Source of the DNA: a virus
Lineage: Duplodnaviria; Caudoviricetes
Virus record (IMG/VR): IMGVR_UViG_3300037785_000022
Coordinates: 1-35,942 of that record
Length of the DNA stretch: 35,942 bases
Strand: one strand, 5' to 3'
This document shows positions 6,358 to 15,538 of this stretch, piece by piece. Both the position numbers and the translations under genes were made by a program. The stretch's first letter is position 1, and every line of letters starts with the position of its first letter. A model generated the notes under the pieces. It was not told the origin of the DNA. It saw only the letters and a program-made list of their open reading frames with translations, and searched no databases.

Positions 6358-8506
6358 ACCTCCGCACATCGGCGGGTGCCATGCCAGTTTCACGGCCAAG
6401 AGCGCCCGCCGCAGGAATGCCGCCAAGCCCTCCGACATACCCGATATTCGTGCCACGGCGCAGCATTTGCGTCGGCAGATCACGCACAAGCGCCATTTGG
6501 TCAAGGTATGCGCGAAGCTGGGCAAGGCTGTCAGGCGCACGTTGCTGGGCTACAAACGGTGCAAGTTCGTTGGCAATCTCTTGCGCCATCTCGGTTGACG
6601 CAGGCCCGCCAGCCGCAGCAAATCGAGCCGCCTCAGCTTGCAGCCCGGTTTGCCCAGACCCGATGCGGTCCAGAATGCCCATCTCGGCCTCTTCAGAAAG
6701 CTGCCTCATGCCAAATTGGCGAGGCGCTGTCGGAGAGCCGCCACCAACCGCGCGAATGGCAAGCGGTTCAACCGCTTCATTGATGCGTTCAATAAAGCCA
6801 TCAGCCTGATCGCCAAGAACAAGGCGGATTTTATCGCGGCCCTCGCGGCTGGTGAGGCTGCGCAACGCCCGCACGGCTTCATTCGCTTCTTCGCTGCCGG
6901 GGTTCATGGGGCGAGACACGCGGGCCATGATGTCGTCAATGTATTGACGCATACCAGAGCGCACGTTTGCCAACTCGCCTTCCGTCAAACCCTCAAGGCC
7001 CATCTGCACATCTTCACGGCGCATAGGCGAAAGCACGTCATATCCGAAATCCAGCGCCTCGCGCTCGCCAATGACTTCCGCAGCCCGCGACCTTGCGGAT
7101 GCGTATTGCGGGACAAGCTGATCCGCCGTGGTGCGAATGTCTCGAACCTGCCGCATCAACGTAGACACGTCTTCCGGCTCGGCCCCCATCGTGCGGGCAC
7201 GAGACTGAATAGCCCGCGTGATGTAGTCAATCTGCTGCACGTTGGGCAATTCCTGCACGCCGACGACATTGCCCTGCGCGTCAGTTTCAAAGCGAAGCTG
7301 CTGACCCGGCGGCACACCTTCGCGGCGCATCAGAACATTCGCGCGGTTCAAAACGTCAGGGTCAACGCGGTCGAGCAGGTTCAAAAGCCGGTCGCCCTCC
7401 GGCGTTCCGTAGTCAATCGGCTGAGAATACGCATCCGCATAGAGGTCGCGGCGCTCTGCTGCCGTGTCCTGCATCATTTCGCGCTGCTGCAATCGCACGC
7501 CGGAAGGCTCGCCTAGCGTCTCGTCAAGCGTCCGCGTCAGGTTGCGCGCCGCCTCAGTCGCCTGCTGCCCGATCATGCCCATGGCCTCGGAGCGGCCAGC
7601 GCCCGGAACAGAAACGCCAAGGTCAAGCAGACCACGCATTTCGGGCGATGTTTCAGCCAAGGAACGAGGGATCGTCGGCGTTGGGATAGGCGGGCCACCT
7701 TGTTCAAACTGCCGGAAGCTGGAAGCCACGCGAGCAGCCGAAGGCGAAATGCCAAGAGCCTCGGCAATTCGGTTCATTGGGGTTTGCCCAGCGGTGGCCC
7801 CAAGCGCCCCGCCAATAGCAGCGCCAGCAATAGGCGCAGCGCCGCCCAAAGCGCCGCCGAGAGCCGCGCCTGTGCCTGCGCGCTGCAACCCGGTCTGCAT
7901 ACGAGCCTCGGGCGTCTCACCGGCCCCGTAGCCGCTCACAAAGCCCTCAAGACCGCCAAGACCCACGCCTAAGCCCGCGCCCTGCGCCGCCGCGCGACCA
8001 ACCGACATGCCCTGCGCAGGGATGGTCGCAGCAGCCATGGGCAAAGTAGTTCCAATACCGACGCCAAGCTGCGTTGCCAGCGCCTCAATGGGTCGAGCTT
8101 GCTGCATCGCCTCTGCCGAAAACCGTTGTGCGGCTTGAGCCTCGGGGCCGAACAACGCGCCCGTCAATTCGTCCGCATATTCACCGACAAACGGGACGCC
8201 TTGAATTGCAGACGCTGCGCGGGTTGCCACCGGCCTTGCTGCGACCTCTTGCTCGGCAATCGCTTGGCGAGAAGCCTGCCCCGGTGCCATGCCCTGCGAC
8301 CGAATTTCATTGATGCGCTCGGGGTCAGACGTGGAGAACCCGCTGGACACATAGCTTTCACGCCCGCTTGGATCGCGGATAATCACACCGCTTTCGCCCG
8401 CGTCCGGTCGGCTTGCCCTGACCGCATCGTAAGCCTGCTGCGCGCTTTCAGCGCGCACCGTGCCGCTGCGACCGTCCATCGTGAAAACGCGGTATTCTTG
8501 TGCCAT
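6344..8506 (-). CDS. Large internal virion/DNA ejection protein
   Basis: 720 aa, Ala/Gly-rich hydrophobic segments then a helical region; podovirus ejectosome position. Confidence 0.7.
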   Translation of the reverse strand: MAQEYRVFTMDGRSGTVRAESAQQAYDAVRASRPDAGESGVIIRDPSGRESYVSSGFSTSDPERINEIRSQGMAPGQASRQAIAEQEVAARPVATRAASAIQGVPFVGEYADELTGALFGPEAQAAQRFSAEAMQQARPIEALATQLGVGIGTTLPMAAATIPAQGMSVGRAAAQGAGLGVGLGGLEGFVSGYGAGETPEARMQTGLQRAGTGAALGGALGGAAPIAGAAIGGALGATAGQTPMNRIAEALGISPSAARVASSFRQFEQGGPPIPTPTIPRSLAETSPEMRGLLDLGVSVPGAGRSEAMGMIGQQATEAARNLTRTLDETLGEPSGVRLQQREMMQDTAAERRDLYADAYSQPIDYGTPEGDRLLNLLDRVDPDVLNRANVLMRREGVPPGQQLRFETDAQGNVVGVQELPNVQQIDYITRAIQSRARTMGAEPEDVSTLMRQVRDIRTTADQLVPQYASARSRAAEVIGEREALDFGYDVLSPMRREDVQMGLEGLTEGELANVRSGMRQYIDDIMARVSRPMNPGSEEANEAVRALRSLTSREGRDKIRLVLGDQADGFIERINEAVEPLAIRAVGGGSPTAPRQFGMRQLSEEAEMGILDRIGSGQTGLQAEAARFAAAGGPASTEMAQEIANELAPFVAQQRAPDSLAQLRAYLDQMALVRDLPTQMLRRGTNIGYVGGLGGIPAAGALGRETGMAPADVRRFTPR

Positions 8507-8509
8507 GGA

Positions 8510-9715
8510 TCAATCCCAAGTTACGGTCGGAACATTGCCGCCCTGTTGCGAACGGCCCGCGCGAGCCATCGCGTCTTGCGCAATTCGCTGCATACGTTGC
8601 AAGGCGCGGTAGGTGCCAATCGGGTTACGCGGATCGAGTTGACCTTGCGCCGCCGAGAACGCCTCACGCTCTGCATCGCTTAGAGCGCCAGCCGTCACAT
8701 TTTGCAGCGTGTCAATCAGCGTATCAACGCGCAGCGTTTCAAGCGCGCCCGCGAAACTTTGATACTCGGGGCTTTCCAAAGCGCCCGACACCAACCGGCC
8801 AGCGCGAGTTGTTAGCGCCGGGTTGAACACAGGATTGCCGTCATCATCAAAGCCACGCACCAAGAAGTTCATGGCCGCGTCAATTTCCGGCGTTACGACA
8901 GTTTCAGCCCGCTGCGCCTGCTGCTCGATTTGCTGCTGTTCTTCGGCTTGCGCGGCCTGACCCGCTGCCAGAGCCTCACGCGCCAAGCGGTTTTCGTCCA
9001 GCAAAAACTCAAGGTCGCGCGTCTGCCCGCCGGGAATAGACAAACGCGCCCTCATTTGCTGCATAAGCGCATCACGCTCTGCATTAAGCTGCGCAAGCGG
9101 ATCGGCTGGCATCGGCTCGCCGCCCGTCTGCACAATCTCAGGCTCGCCGTCATAAGGCTGGGGAACGGCAGAACCCGGCTCATATACCACGCCCGTCGGC
9201 GGTGCGCCTATATCGCCCTGTGGGCCGCTGGGAAGCCCTTGCGGCACAACCCCGCCCGTGAAGTCACCCGGCGGCTGCATGGGCATCTCAGCGCCTCCTG
9301 CGGGCATTGCTCCGCCTTGGCCGAGTGTCCCCATCAGCATGTCGCGCATTTGCGTCATGGCAGGCGAGACAGGCATCCCATACGACTGCGCCAAGGCAAT
9401 CTGCTGCTCGATCTGCGCCAAGGCTTGCAGCGCGCCGACTTGGTTCTGAAAGATGCCCTGATCCCGCAGCCGCTCACGCTCGCGCGCGCTTTCAAAGCCG
9501 CCCATCGCCTGCGCAAAGTAGTTGCTGTCACGGCCCTCAAGCGATGCAGCCGCGTCACGCAAAGCCGCGAAACCCAACATCGTCCGCTGCGCCCGCGAGA
9601 GGTTGGCAAACGGGTCTGTCGGCTGGCCCGCGTTGGGGTCGCCCGCGCCGAAGAAATTGCCGATGCGCCCGAACAGGCCGGGGCGTTGCCCTTGGGGGTC
9701 AGGGTTCATGCTCAT
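8510..9715 (-). CDS. Internal virion/ejection protein
   Basis: Gln/Ala/Pro-rich; GALSDAERE motif; gene order. Confidence 0.65.
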   Translation of the reverse strand: MSMNPDPQGQRPGLFGRIGNFFGAGDPNAGQPTDPFANLSRAQRTMLGFAALRDAAASLEGRDSNYFAQAMGGFESARERERLRDQGIFQNQVGALQALAQIEQQIALAQSYGMPVSPAMTQMRDMLMGTLGQGGAMPAGGAEMPMQPPGDFTGGVVPQGLPSGPQGDIGAPPTGVVYEPGSAVPQPYDGEPEIVQTGGEPMPADPLAQLNAERDALMQQMRARLSIPGGQTRDLEFLLDENRLAREALAAGQAAQAEEQQQIEQQAQRAETVVTPEIDAAMNFLVRGFDDDGNPVFNPALTTRAGRLVSGALESPEYQSFAGALETLRVDTLIDTLQNVTAGALSDAEREAFSAAQGQLDPRNPIGTYRALQRMQRIAQDAMARAGRSQQGGNVPTVTWD

Positions 9716-10698
9716 GCCAAACGCTCCTGCAAGCCTGCGTAATCCACCATCTTGAACCCGTGCGGACCGACCGCGACCAAGTCGGGGTGAACGCGCTCAA
9801 GTTCGTCGGCAATAACGCCCTCAGTCGGATGACCCGGCGCAAGCTTCTGGCCCAGTTCGTTCCATTCCCACTGGTAGAACGTCACGTCGCCGCGCTGGCC
9901 AACCTTGCGGATGTTGCGCTTCAAACGGCGGTCGGACAAAGCCCCTAGTGCCGCAATGCCCTGCCCCGCAGCGCCGACAGCGCCAAGAATGCCAGCAAAG
10001 CCCGGCCTGCTGCTTTGCGTCGTGGAGGACGACATCGGGATTTGCGCGCCGCCAGCCGCAGCACTAAGCGCGCCAAGCTGCTGCAACGGCAGGTTCTGCT
10101 CGCGCAGGAATTCCTGATACAGCGCGTCAAGTTCGGCTTGATCGGTCATCTGTTCCAATCCGCCGAGCTGCATCATGCCCTGCGCGCCAGACAGCGCCGC
10201 CTGCTGGCCCATGCCAAGCTGCGCCATCGTCTGCGCTTGAGCCTGATTGTAGCCCTGCTGCATCAGGTTGGCGACCATCTCCTGCTGGCCGAGGTCAAAC
10301 GCCGCTTGCCGCTCCGCCTCGTAAACACCGCGCCGCTCGTTGCCAAATGCACCAGCCCGCGTGATGTCTGCCATCTCGCCAGTCCGCGCAATGTCACGCT
10401 CGCGCTGAGATCGAGCCAAGGCCGCGTCAATCACGTTCTGTTGGAACGGGTTAAAGTTTGCCTGCGTCATCGCCGCATAGTCTTGCGGCGTCATGTTCGC
10501 AATGTCGGCAACCTGCTGAAACTGCGTCTGCGCGCCCATAGACAGGGGCGACACGCCAGCCGTGAAGTCACCGCCGTATGGCGTGAAGTCTTGCCCAGCA
10601 AACTCGGTAGCCGCCGGGAAGACGTTTTGCGTCAGAAAATCCTCGTAGAACTGAGGGATTTCCTGCGTCGTCGTTTGGGTGCTGCGTCCGCTGCCCAT
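9712..10698 (-). CDS. Ejection/pilot-like protein with C-terminal intramolecular chaperone (peptidase S74-like) domain
   Basis: MGSGRSTQTTTQ start, Gln-rich body, Gly/Ala hydrophobic stretch, then SDRRLKRNI..GVIADEL..VDY. Confidence 0.75.
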   Translation of the reverse strand: MGSGRSTQTTTQEIPQFYEDFLTQNVFPAATEFAGQDFTPYGGDFTAGVSPLSMGAQTQFQQVADIANMTPQDYAAMTQANFNPFQQNVIDAALARSQRERDIARTGEMADITRAGAFGNERRGVYEAERQAAFDLGQQEMVANLMQQGYNQAQAQTMAQLGMGQQAALSGAQGMMQLGGLEQMTDQAELDALYQEFLREQNLPLQQLGALSAAAGGAQIPMSSSTTQSSRPGFAGILGAVGAAGQGIAALGALSDRRLKRNIRKVGQRGDVTFYQWEWNELGQKLAPGHPTEGVIADELERVHPDLVAVGPHGFKMVDYAGLQERLA

Positions 10699-10701
10699 CT
10701 C

Positions 10702-11151
10702 TTAAATCTCCATCTCGTATGTCCGAGAAATTTCGCGGAAGCCAAAACGCGGGGCGAACTTTGACCAGCCAAGCCGACCGTCAGCCTCAATAGAAGAGCA
10801 ACCCGCAATCCGGGCCGCGCGCTTCATCGCCTCTATGCCGTGGTCCATCCATTCGGACATGCCAGAACCCCCATTCAACAGGATGCGCCAAACGCGCCTG
10901 CGAGGGTGCTGGGCAATCTCGGTCACGATAACCGCCCGCAGCTTGTCCTCGATCCTGATAGTCCAAAGCATCATTTTGCCCGCTATCAGGTCTTCGTATA
11001 TGTCCGCCATCCCAGTGTTGCGCTCAATTCGCTTCTGAGCCAACCGGATCAACGGTGCCGCCTCGTTCCAAATCGCGCTCACTTCCTCTGCGCGGATTGG
11101 CACAATAACCGGCGTTGCTGCGAACATACTATGTTTCGGCGCATATGTCAC
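10702..11151 (-). CDS. GNAT-fold-like tail assembly protein
   Basis: ARIAGCSSIEADGRLGW..GF motif, typical of this position in podoviruses. Confidence 0.6.
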   Translation of the reverse strand: MTYAPKHSMFAATPVIVPIRAEEVSAIWNEAAPLIRLAQKRIERNTGMADIYEDLIAGKMMLWTIRIEDKLRAVIVTEIAQHPRRRVWRILLNGGSGMSEWMDHGIEAMKRAARIAGCSSIEADGRLGWSKFAPRFGFREISRTYEMEI

Positions 11152-11801
11152 CCGTGCAGCCTCACAATGCTAATCGTGGACGCAGGCGCAGAAGGGGCGA
11201 ATGCCGTGGCCGCAGCCGCATCCAGAAAGCCTGCCGTATTGTCTACCGCCCACATGGCCTCAAGGTAGTCGCCTGCGCTCACCTCAAACGCAGCCGTGCG
11301 GCTGGTGACAACAGAAGCGCCGTTGTTGTGCAGCGTGTTAATCATCGTTTGGCCGGTCGCATCTACGCCATTCAGGCGCGGCCAGAAGTAAAACTTCACG
11401 TCAGACGCCGTTGACGATGAAATCTGTGCGGAAAAGCTGACCTGATAATATCCAGCCTCGGCAAAGACGATCCGCGAGGCAGGCGTGCCGTTGGTGATGC
11501 CCTCAGACAGCGTTGACGTATAGGTCAGAGCATAGGCCGTATTCGCCGCCGCCGCCGTCACGTCGCTGGTGATTTCGCCGTTGTAATGCCCATCCTCCAG
11601 CACGATCTGGCGGAAGACCCCGTCCTTGGACACCACCGGGTAGCCGTTCACGTCATCCCAGAGAATGATGCCGTTTTCCGAAGGCGTGTCCTGATCGGTC
11701 AGGAAGTTGAGCCGCACAAGGCCGCGCAGGAGCGCCCGCGTTAGCTGCTGCGCCCATACCCGAAGGTCAGGGCCGACAGGGGGCAGTGACGGCGCGCTCA
11801 T
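11148..11801 (-). CDS. Tail-associated structural protein with C1q-like beta C-terminus
   Basis: AGYYQVSFSAQ..AGDYLE pattern; follows the tail tube gene. Confidence 0.65.
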   Translation of the reverse strand: MSAPSLPPVGPDLRVWAQQLTRALLRGLVRLNFLTDQDTPSENGIILWDDVNGYPVVSKDGVFRQIVLEDGHYNGEITSDVTAAAANTAYALTYTSTLSEGITNGTPASRIVFAEAGYYQVSFSAQISSSTASDVKFYFWPRLNGVDATGQTMINTLHNNGASVVTSRTAAFEVSAGDYLEAMWAVDNTAGFLDAAAATAFAPSAPASTISIVRLHG

Positions 11802-13276
11802 CGCCGCCCCGCTTGCGTTACCTCAATGCGAGGGATGCCAAACCGCCACGCGCCGAGAGTGTCAGCCGTCACCCGCATCCGAGCCTGACGACCGCTGAAC
11901 CGCACGCTGGTCGGGTTGCTCATGGTGTAGGGGCCGTGAGACGTTTCCGCCGCGTTGGGATACAGCCGCGTCTTGAACGTCAGCGTCACGTCGCCTTGCG
12001 TCAGTTCGTCGGGGATTAGACGGTGCGCGTTGAACGTGAATTCACCGCCGCCAAAGTTGGCAGGGCCGCTTTCTGCAAACACCTCGGCACCGCCATAGTT
12101 GAACCCGGTTTCGTGGTCGTAAACGTCGCCGGTCGCGTCAGCCCAGATCGGGGTGCGGAACACGCCACGGTCAACGCCAGCCGTGCGGGACAGGTTGCCG
12201 ATCAGCCAATGCCCCTCGGCAAAGTCATAGGCAACGTATCGGTCAATTTCATTGCTGGCCGACGAACAGTAGAACCACCATACCTCTGAGTTCTGGCCGT
12301 TGGACACCGCCCAAGTCTTGCTGATCTGCGCCGTGTTGATGTCCTCGAACACGCGGTCAAAAACCTCGCACGCCAATTCACGCACGCTGGACCCGTCAAA
12401 GGTGAAGAACCCGCGTTGGCCCATCCAGAACACGCCCGCGTCAGTCGTGGCCGCAGCCTTGCGCGAGACAGCGCCGCAAGCCGTGCCGACGCGCTCGAAC
12501 TGATAGACGAACGGCGGGCCGACATAGACCGCCCGGTGCGCGTCAATATCCGTCAACACAAGCGCCTGACCCGTGGTCCGCACCGCCTGCATGATTTGAC
12601 CGTTGGTCTGTAGGATTTGGCTGCCAGCCTGATTGGTCGCGGCAGGCGTCCAAGTCGTGTTGTCCTCTTGGTCGGACCACTGCACCTTGCGGGGATCATT
12701 GCCAGCGCCCAGCGCAAACAGAAACCGCTCTTCGGTCACAAGCAGGCCGCTGCACCCGGTCGGGGAGTTGGTGATCTGCACCGCATCGGAAGCGGTGTTT
12801 AGCTGCCACTCGTAAAGCTTGCCGTCAGCCGTGGAGCAGGCAACCAGATACTCGCCCCAGTTGTCCAGCGACCACGTTGTCGCCTCGGCATAGTTGCCCG
12901 TGTCAGGCCGGATCGTGCCGTAGAAGCCAAGGCCATAGAAACCGCCGCCGTAGCCCGTGTTGACCGTCGCGTCGAGGTCGCCAGCCGTCAGGCCCGCAGG
13001 CGTGATGTCAGTCGTCACACCCGCAGCCGTTGCCACGATCAGCTTGTCAAACGTGCCGCCCGCAATCCGCCGGTTGTTACTGTTGTCTTCCCATGCGTGC
13101 ATCCCGCGCGGGGCGTCGGTGAACATATCCGCGATGCGCTCGCGCCAGCCCAGCACCGGGCGCAGAGAGCCTTGCCGCCAGCGCACAAGGTTGCCATCCC
13201 GCCACCGGCCTGCGCCCTCTAGGTCAGTGCCGTTGCGGTAGAAGCCCGGAGGGATTTGCAGAGGGACTAGGGGCAT
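11798..13276 (-). CDS. Tail nozzle/DNA stabilisation protein (P22 gp10 / T7 tubular B analogue)
   Basis: ~490 aa beta-propeller-like sequence (VQWSDQED, FWMGQRGFF, EVWWFY); gene order. Confidence 0.75.
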   Translation of the reverse strand: MPLVPLQIPPGFYRNGTDLEGAGRWRDGNLVRWRQGSLRPVLGWRERIADMFTDAPRGMHAWEDNSNNRRIAGGTFDKLIVATAAGVTTDITPAGLTAGDLDATVNTGYGGGFYGLGFYGTIRPDTGNYAEATTWSLDNWGEYLVACSTADGKLYEWQLNTASDAVQITNSPTGCSGLLVTEERFLFALGAGNDPRKVQWSDQEDNTTWTPAATNQAGSQILQTNGQIMQAVRTTGQALVLTDIDAHRAVYVGPPFVYQFERVGTACGAVSRKAAATTDAGVFWMGQRGFFTFDGSSVRELACEVFDRVFEDINTAQISKTWAVSNGQNSEVWWFYCSSASNEIDRYVAYDFAEGHWLIGNLSRTAGVDRGVFRTPIWADATGDVYDHETGFNYGGAEVFAESGPANFGGGEFTFNAHRLIPDELTQGDVTLTFKTRLYPNAAETSHGPYTMSNPTSVRFSGRQARMRVTADTLGAWRFGIPRIEVTQAGRR

Positions 13277-14016
13277 TAGCGCAATTCCGCCCAATCACTA
13301 AATCCCCCACCAGATAGGCGATAATAGTGGTTGTTTGGTATGATAGCCGATCCTTGGCCGAAAAACGAACCCGAAACGGATTTAATAACCGTAATCCAAC
13401 TTGAACCATCAGAAGAAACTTGGAAATTGGATGTGCCATTCGTAAACAAATATGCCATTATTGGCTTACCTGTTGTGTTTTGATAACTCACTCCAACAGA
13501 CCTAGAAGCAGAAACATCTTGCCACGTTTGCCCAACGCCGATTTGCTGCTCAACGTCACCAAAAAATGCATCAAAACCGGCTTTTGCCTTTGCCGCGCTG
13601 ATAAGGCTCTCAGTTGTATCCGTTCCGGTTTCCCAAGTCGCAGTATCCTGCGTCGGGATTGTGTAGCCCACAACATCGCCGTCAGCGTTCCATTGCGCAA
13701 GCTGCCCATCCGTGCCAGACGTGCCGGTGACAATCTCGGTGTCAGCGCCTGTCAGCGCCGTAATGCCGTCCAGCAGGTTTAATTCAGTCGCCGTAGCCGT
13801 CAGCGCGTTGTAATCTGTCAGCGTCCACGTCACGCCGTCCAGCAGGTTCAATTCCGCCGTGCTGACAGTCGCCCCGTCAAGAATGGCAAACTCAGTCTGC
13901 GACACCCCGCCGAGAAGCGTGTCAAGCGCCGTCCAGTTGGCATTGAGGCTTGTGCCCCATGTGTCTTCGCTTGCGCCGACAGTGGGCAAGTTCCAGCTAT
14001 AGTTCGTCGTCGCCAT
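13276..14016 (-). CDS. Short tail fibre/spike
   Basis: TTNYSWNLPTVG..TWG..LN N-terminus, TAELNLLDG repeats and GVGQTWQDV..YQNTTGKPI..WAELR C-terminal domain. Confidence 0.75.
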   Translation of the reverse strand: MATTNYSWNLPTVGASEDTWGTSLNANWTALDTLLGGVSQTEFAILDGATVSTAELNLLDGVTWTLTDYNALTATATELNLLDGITALTGADTEIVTGTSGTDGQLAQWNADGDVVGYTIPTQDTATWETGTDTTESLISAAKAKAGFDAFFGDVEQQIGVGQTWQDVSASRSVGVSYQNTTGKPIMAYLFTNGTSNFQVSSDGSSWITVIKSVSGSFFGQGSAIIPNNHYYRLSGGGFSDWAELR

Positions 14017-14019
14017 GTC

Positions 14020-14640
14020 TTACCCCATCATCCGCGCGCGCATCCGCAGAGACGATGACCCCACAGATGCCCGGTCGCTTTCCAATCGAATGTTCTCCAT
14101 CGCCTGCTGCATCAGGCCAGACCACGTCGCCAGCTTTTCCTGATCGTCCAGATACGGCGCAGCCTCCATCAAGGCCCCGTAGAGATACAGGTCAGGCGCA
14201 GCCTCAAGCAGCCAGTTCGTCGTCACGCTATCCGACAGCGCGGTGATCTTGCTGTAATAGGTCAGTTCGCCCGTGTAGCTGCTATCCGGCGCAGGGACGT
14301 GCTGGAACTGCGTGCCGACCACAGTGAACAGCTTGGGCTTGCCTGCCGAGACGTAGCCCACCTTTTCCTCGGCGGCTTGGTCGGGCGTCACATACTCCAG
14401 CGTCACAACCGGCGTGGCGTTGATCTGGTAGCGCACCGTTTGCAGCCAATCGGCAGGCACGTCCTCGTATTCGGCGTCAATCGTTACCGTCGCGCGCTTC
14501 ATCATGCGATAGTCGCGGATGCGGCGGTTAAACTTGGCCTCGGCCAGCGAAATGAAAGACGGGATAACCGCCGTCAGGTCATCCCGCAAAAGCCAATCAG
14601 CAATGGCCGACTTCAATTCGCTGTAGGTCGTGATGCTCAC
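14020..14640 (-). CDS. Head-tail adaptor (tail tubular A-like)
   Basis: TYSELKSAIADWLLRDDL..FISLAE..NWLL..PDLYLYGAL.EA.PYL motif. Confidence 0.8.
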   Translation of the reverse strand: MSITTYSELKSAIADWLLRDDLTAVIPSFISLAEAKFNRRIRDYRMMKRATVTIDAEYEDVPADWLQTVRYQINATPVVTLEYVTPDQAAEEKVGYVSAGKPKLFTVVGTQFQHVPAPDSSYTGELTYYSKITALSDSVTTNWLLEAAPDLYLYGALMEAAPYLDDQEKLATWSGLMQQAMENIRLESDRASVGSSSLRMRARMMG

Positions 14641-14945
14641 TAGACAGCCCCTTCACGCGTCCGAAACACTCGGTTGTCAGCGTCGTTAAGCCACTTCTTC
14701 ATCGCCTTGGGGTCGTCTGCAATGCCCCGGCGCTTGAGGTCATAATACACCGAAAGCGGGATCGACGCCACACGGGCCATGTCGCCCCACTTGGTCCGCT
14801 TGTCCGTCGCGTTGCGGGCGCGGACGTTGCTCTCGTCCACCTGAACGCGCTGCTCGGTCTCAATGACGAATTCGCCGTTTGGCAGCATGTGCCAATAGCG
14901 CGTAATGCCGGTCAGCGGGTCGGTGTCAAAGATGCGTTTGGTCAT
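14640..14945 (-). CDS. Conserved post-capsid hypothetical protein
   Basis: VASIP..KKWLNDADNRVFRT motif. Confidence 0.75.
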   Translation of the reverse strand: MTKRIFDTDPLTGITRYWHMLPNGEFVIETEQRVQVDESNVRARNATDKRTKWGDMARVASIPLSVYYDLKRRGIADDPKAMKKWLNDADNRVFRTREGAV

Positions 14946-15478
14946 TCAACGTGGCTCCATGTCCTGCCAGTTCTAACACCCCTGACGCAGTTCGTGCTAA
15001 CGCCTAGCTCTCTGCCCAATGCGGCGTTGCCAAGAGGGCTTGACCGAATATACCTTACTTGGGCTTCCGTTAAAAGAGACTTGCCGTTTTGCGTGCCGAG
15101 AGGTGCGACCGTTCGCTTCCTGCCCTTAGCAATCATGTCGTCTGTATTGTCTTTGTGCGTGCCCACAGACAAGTGATCTGGGTTTACACATGCTCGGTTG
15201 TCGCAAGAGTGCATGACAACAAAACCTTTTGGTATTGGGCCATGATGCATTTCATAAGACAATCTGTGAACAGATCTTGTGCCTTCTGATTTTTTGCCAA
15301 CGCTAATCAAGCCATACCCAGACGGGCTTTTGCCGCCCACCCAGAGCCAGCATCCGTCAGTCTTTTCAACGCGCGTCCAAAATCTGTCTTCTATAGGCCC
15401 TCGAGCGCGCATCCACGGGTTCTTTACTTTTTCCGCACGAAGTTTTGCGTGTCTCTGCTCGTTTTGCTCTCTTTTCAT
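14942..15478 (-). CDS. HNH homing endonuclease
   Basis: RFWTRV..CWLW..GYG..HRLSY..VMHSCDNRACVNPDHL..GTHKDN plus a C-terminal HTH; lower GC than neighbours. Confidence 0.92.
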   Translation of the reverse strand: MKREQNEQRHAKLRAEKVKNPWMRARGPIEDRFWTRVEKTDGCWLWVGGKSPSGYGLISVGKKSEGTRSVHRLSYEMHHGPIPKGFVVMHSCDNRACVNPDHLSVGTHKDNTDDMIAKGRKRTVAPLGTQNGKSLLTEAQVRYIRSSPLGNAALGRELGVSTNCVRGVRTGRTWSHVE

Positions 15479-15480
15479 AA

Positions 15481-15534
15481 ATAAGCCTCCAAGGTTTCCC
15501 CCGGAGGCTTATCCCTGACACTATCGTGTGTCAA
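15481..15534 (-). promoter_or_regulatory. RBS-sequestering hairpin plus candidate promoter/operator of the HNH gene
   Basis: ATAAGCCTCC/GGAGGCTTAT stem with GAAA loop; TTGACA-17-TAAGCC; TGACAC-N6-GTGTCA palindrome. Confidence 0.6.
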
Positions 15535-15538
15535 ATCG

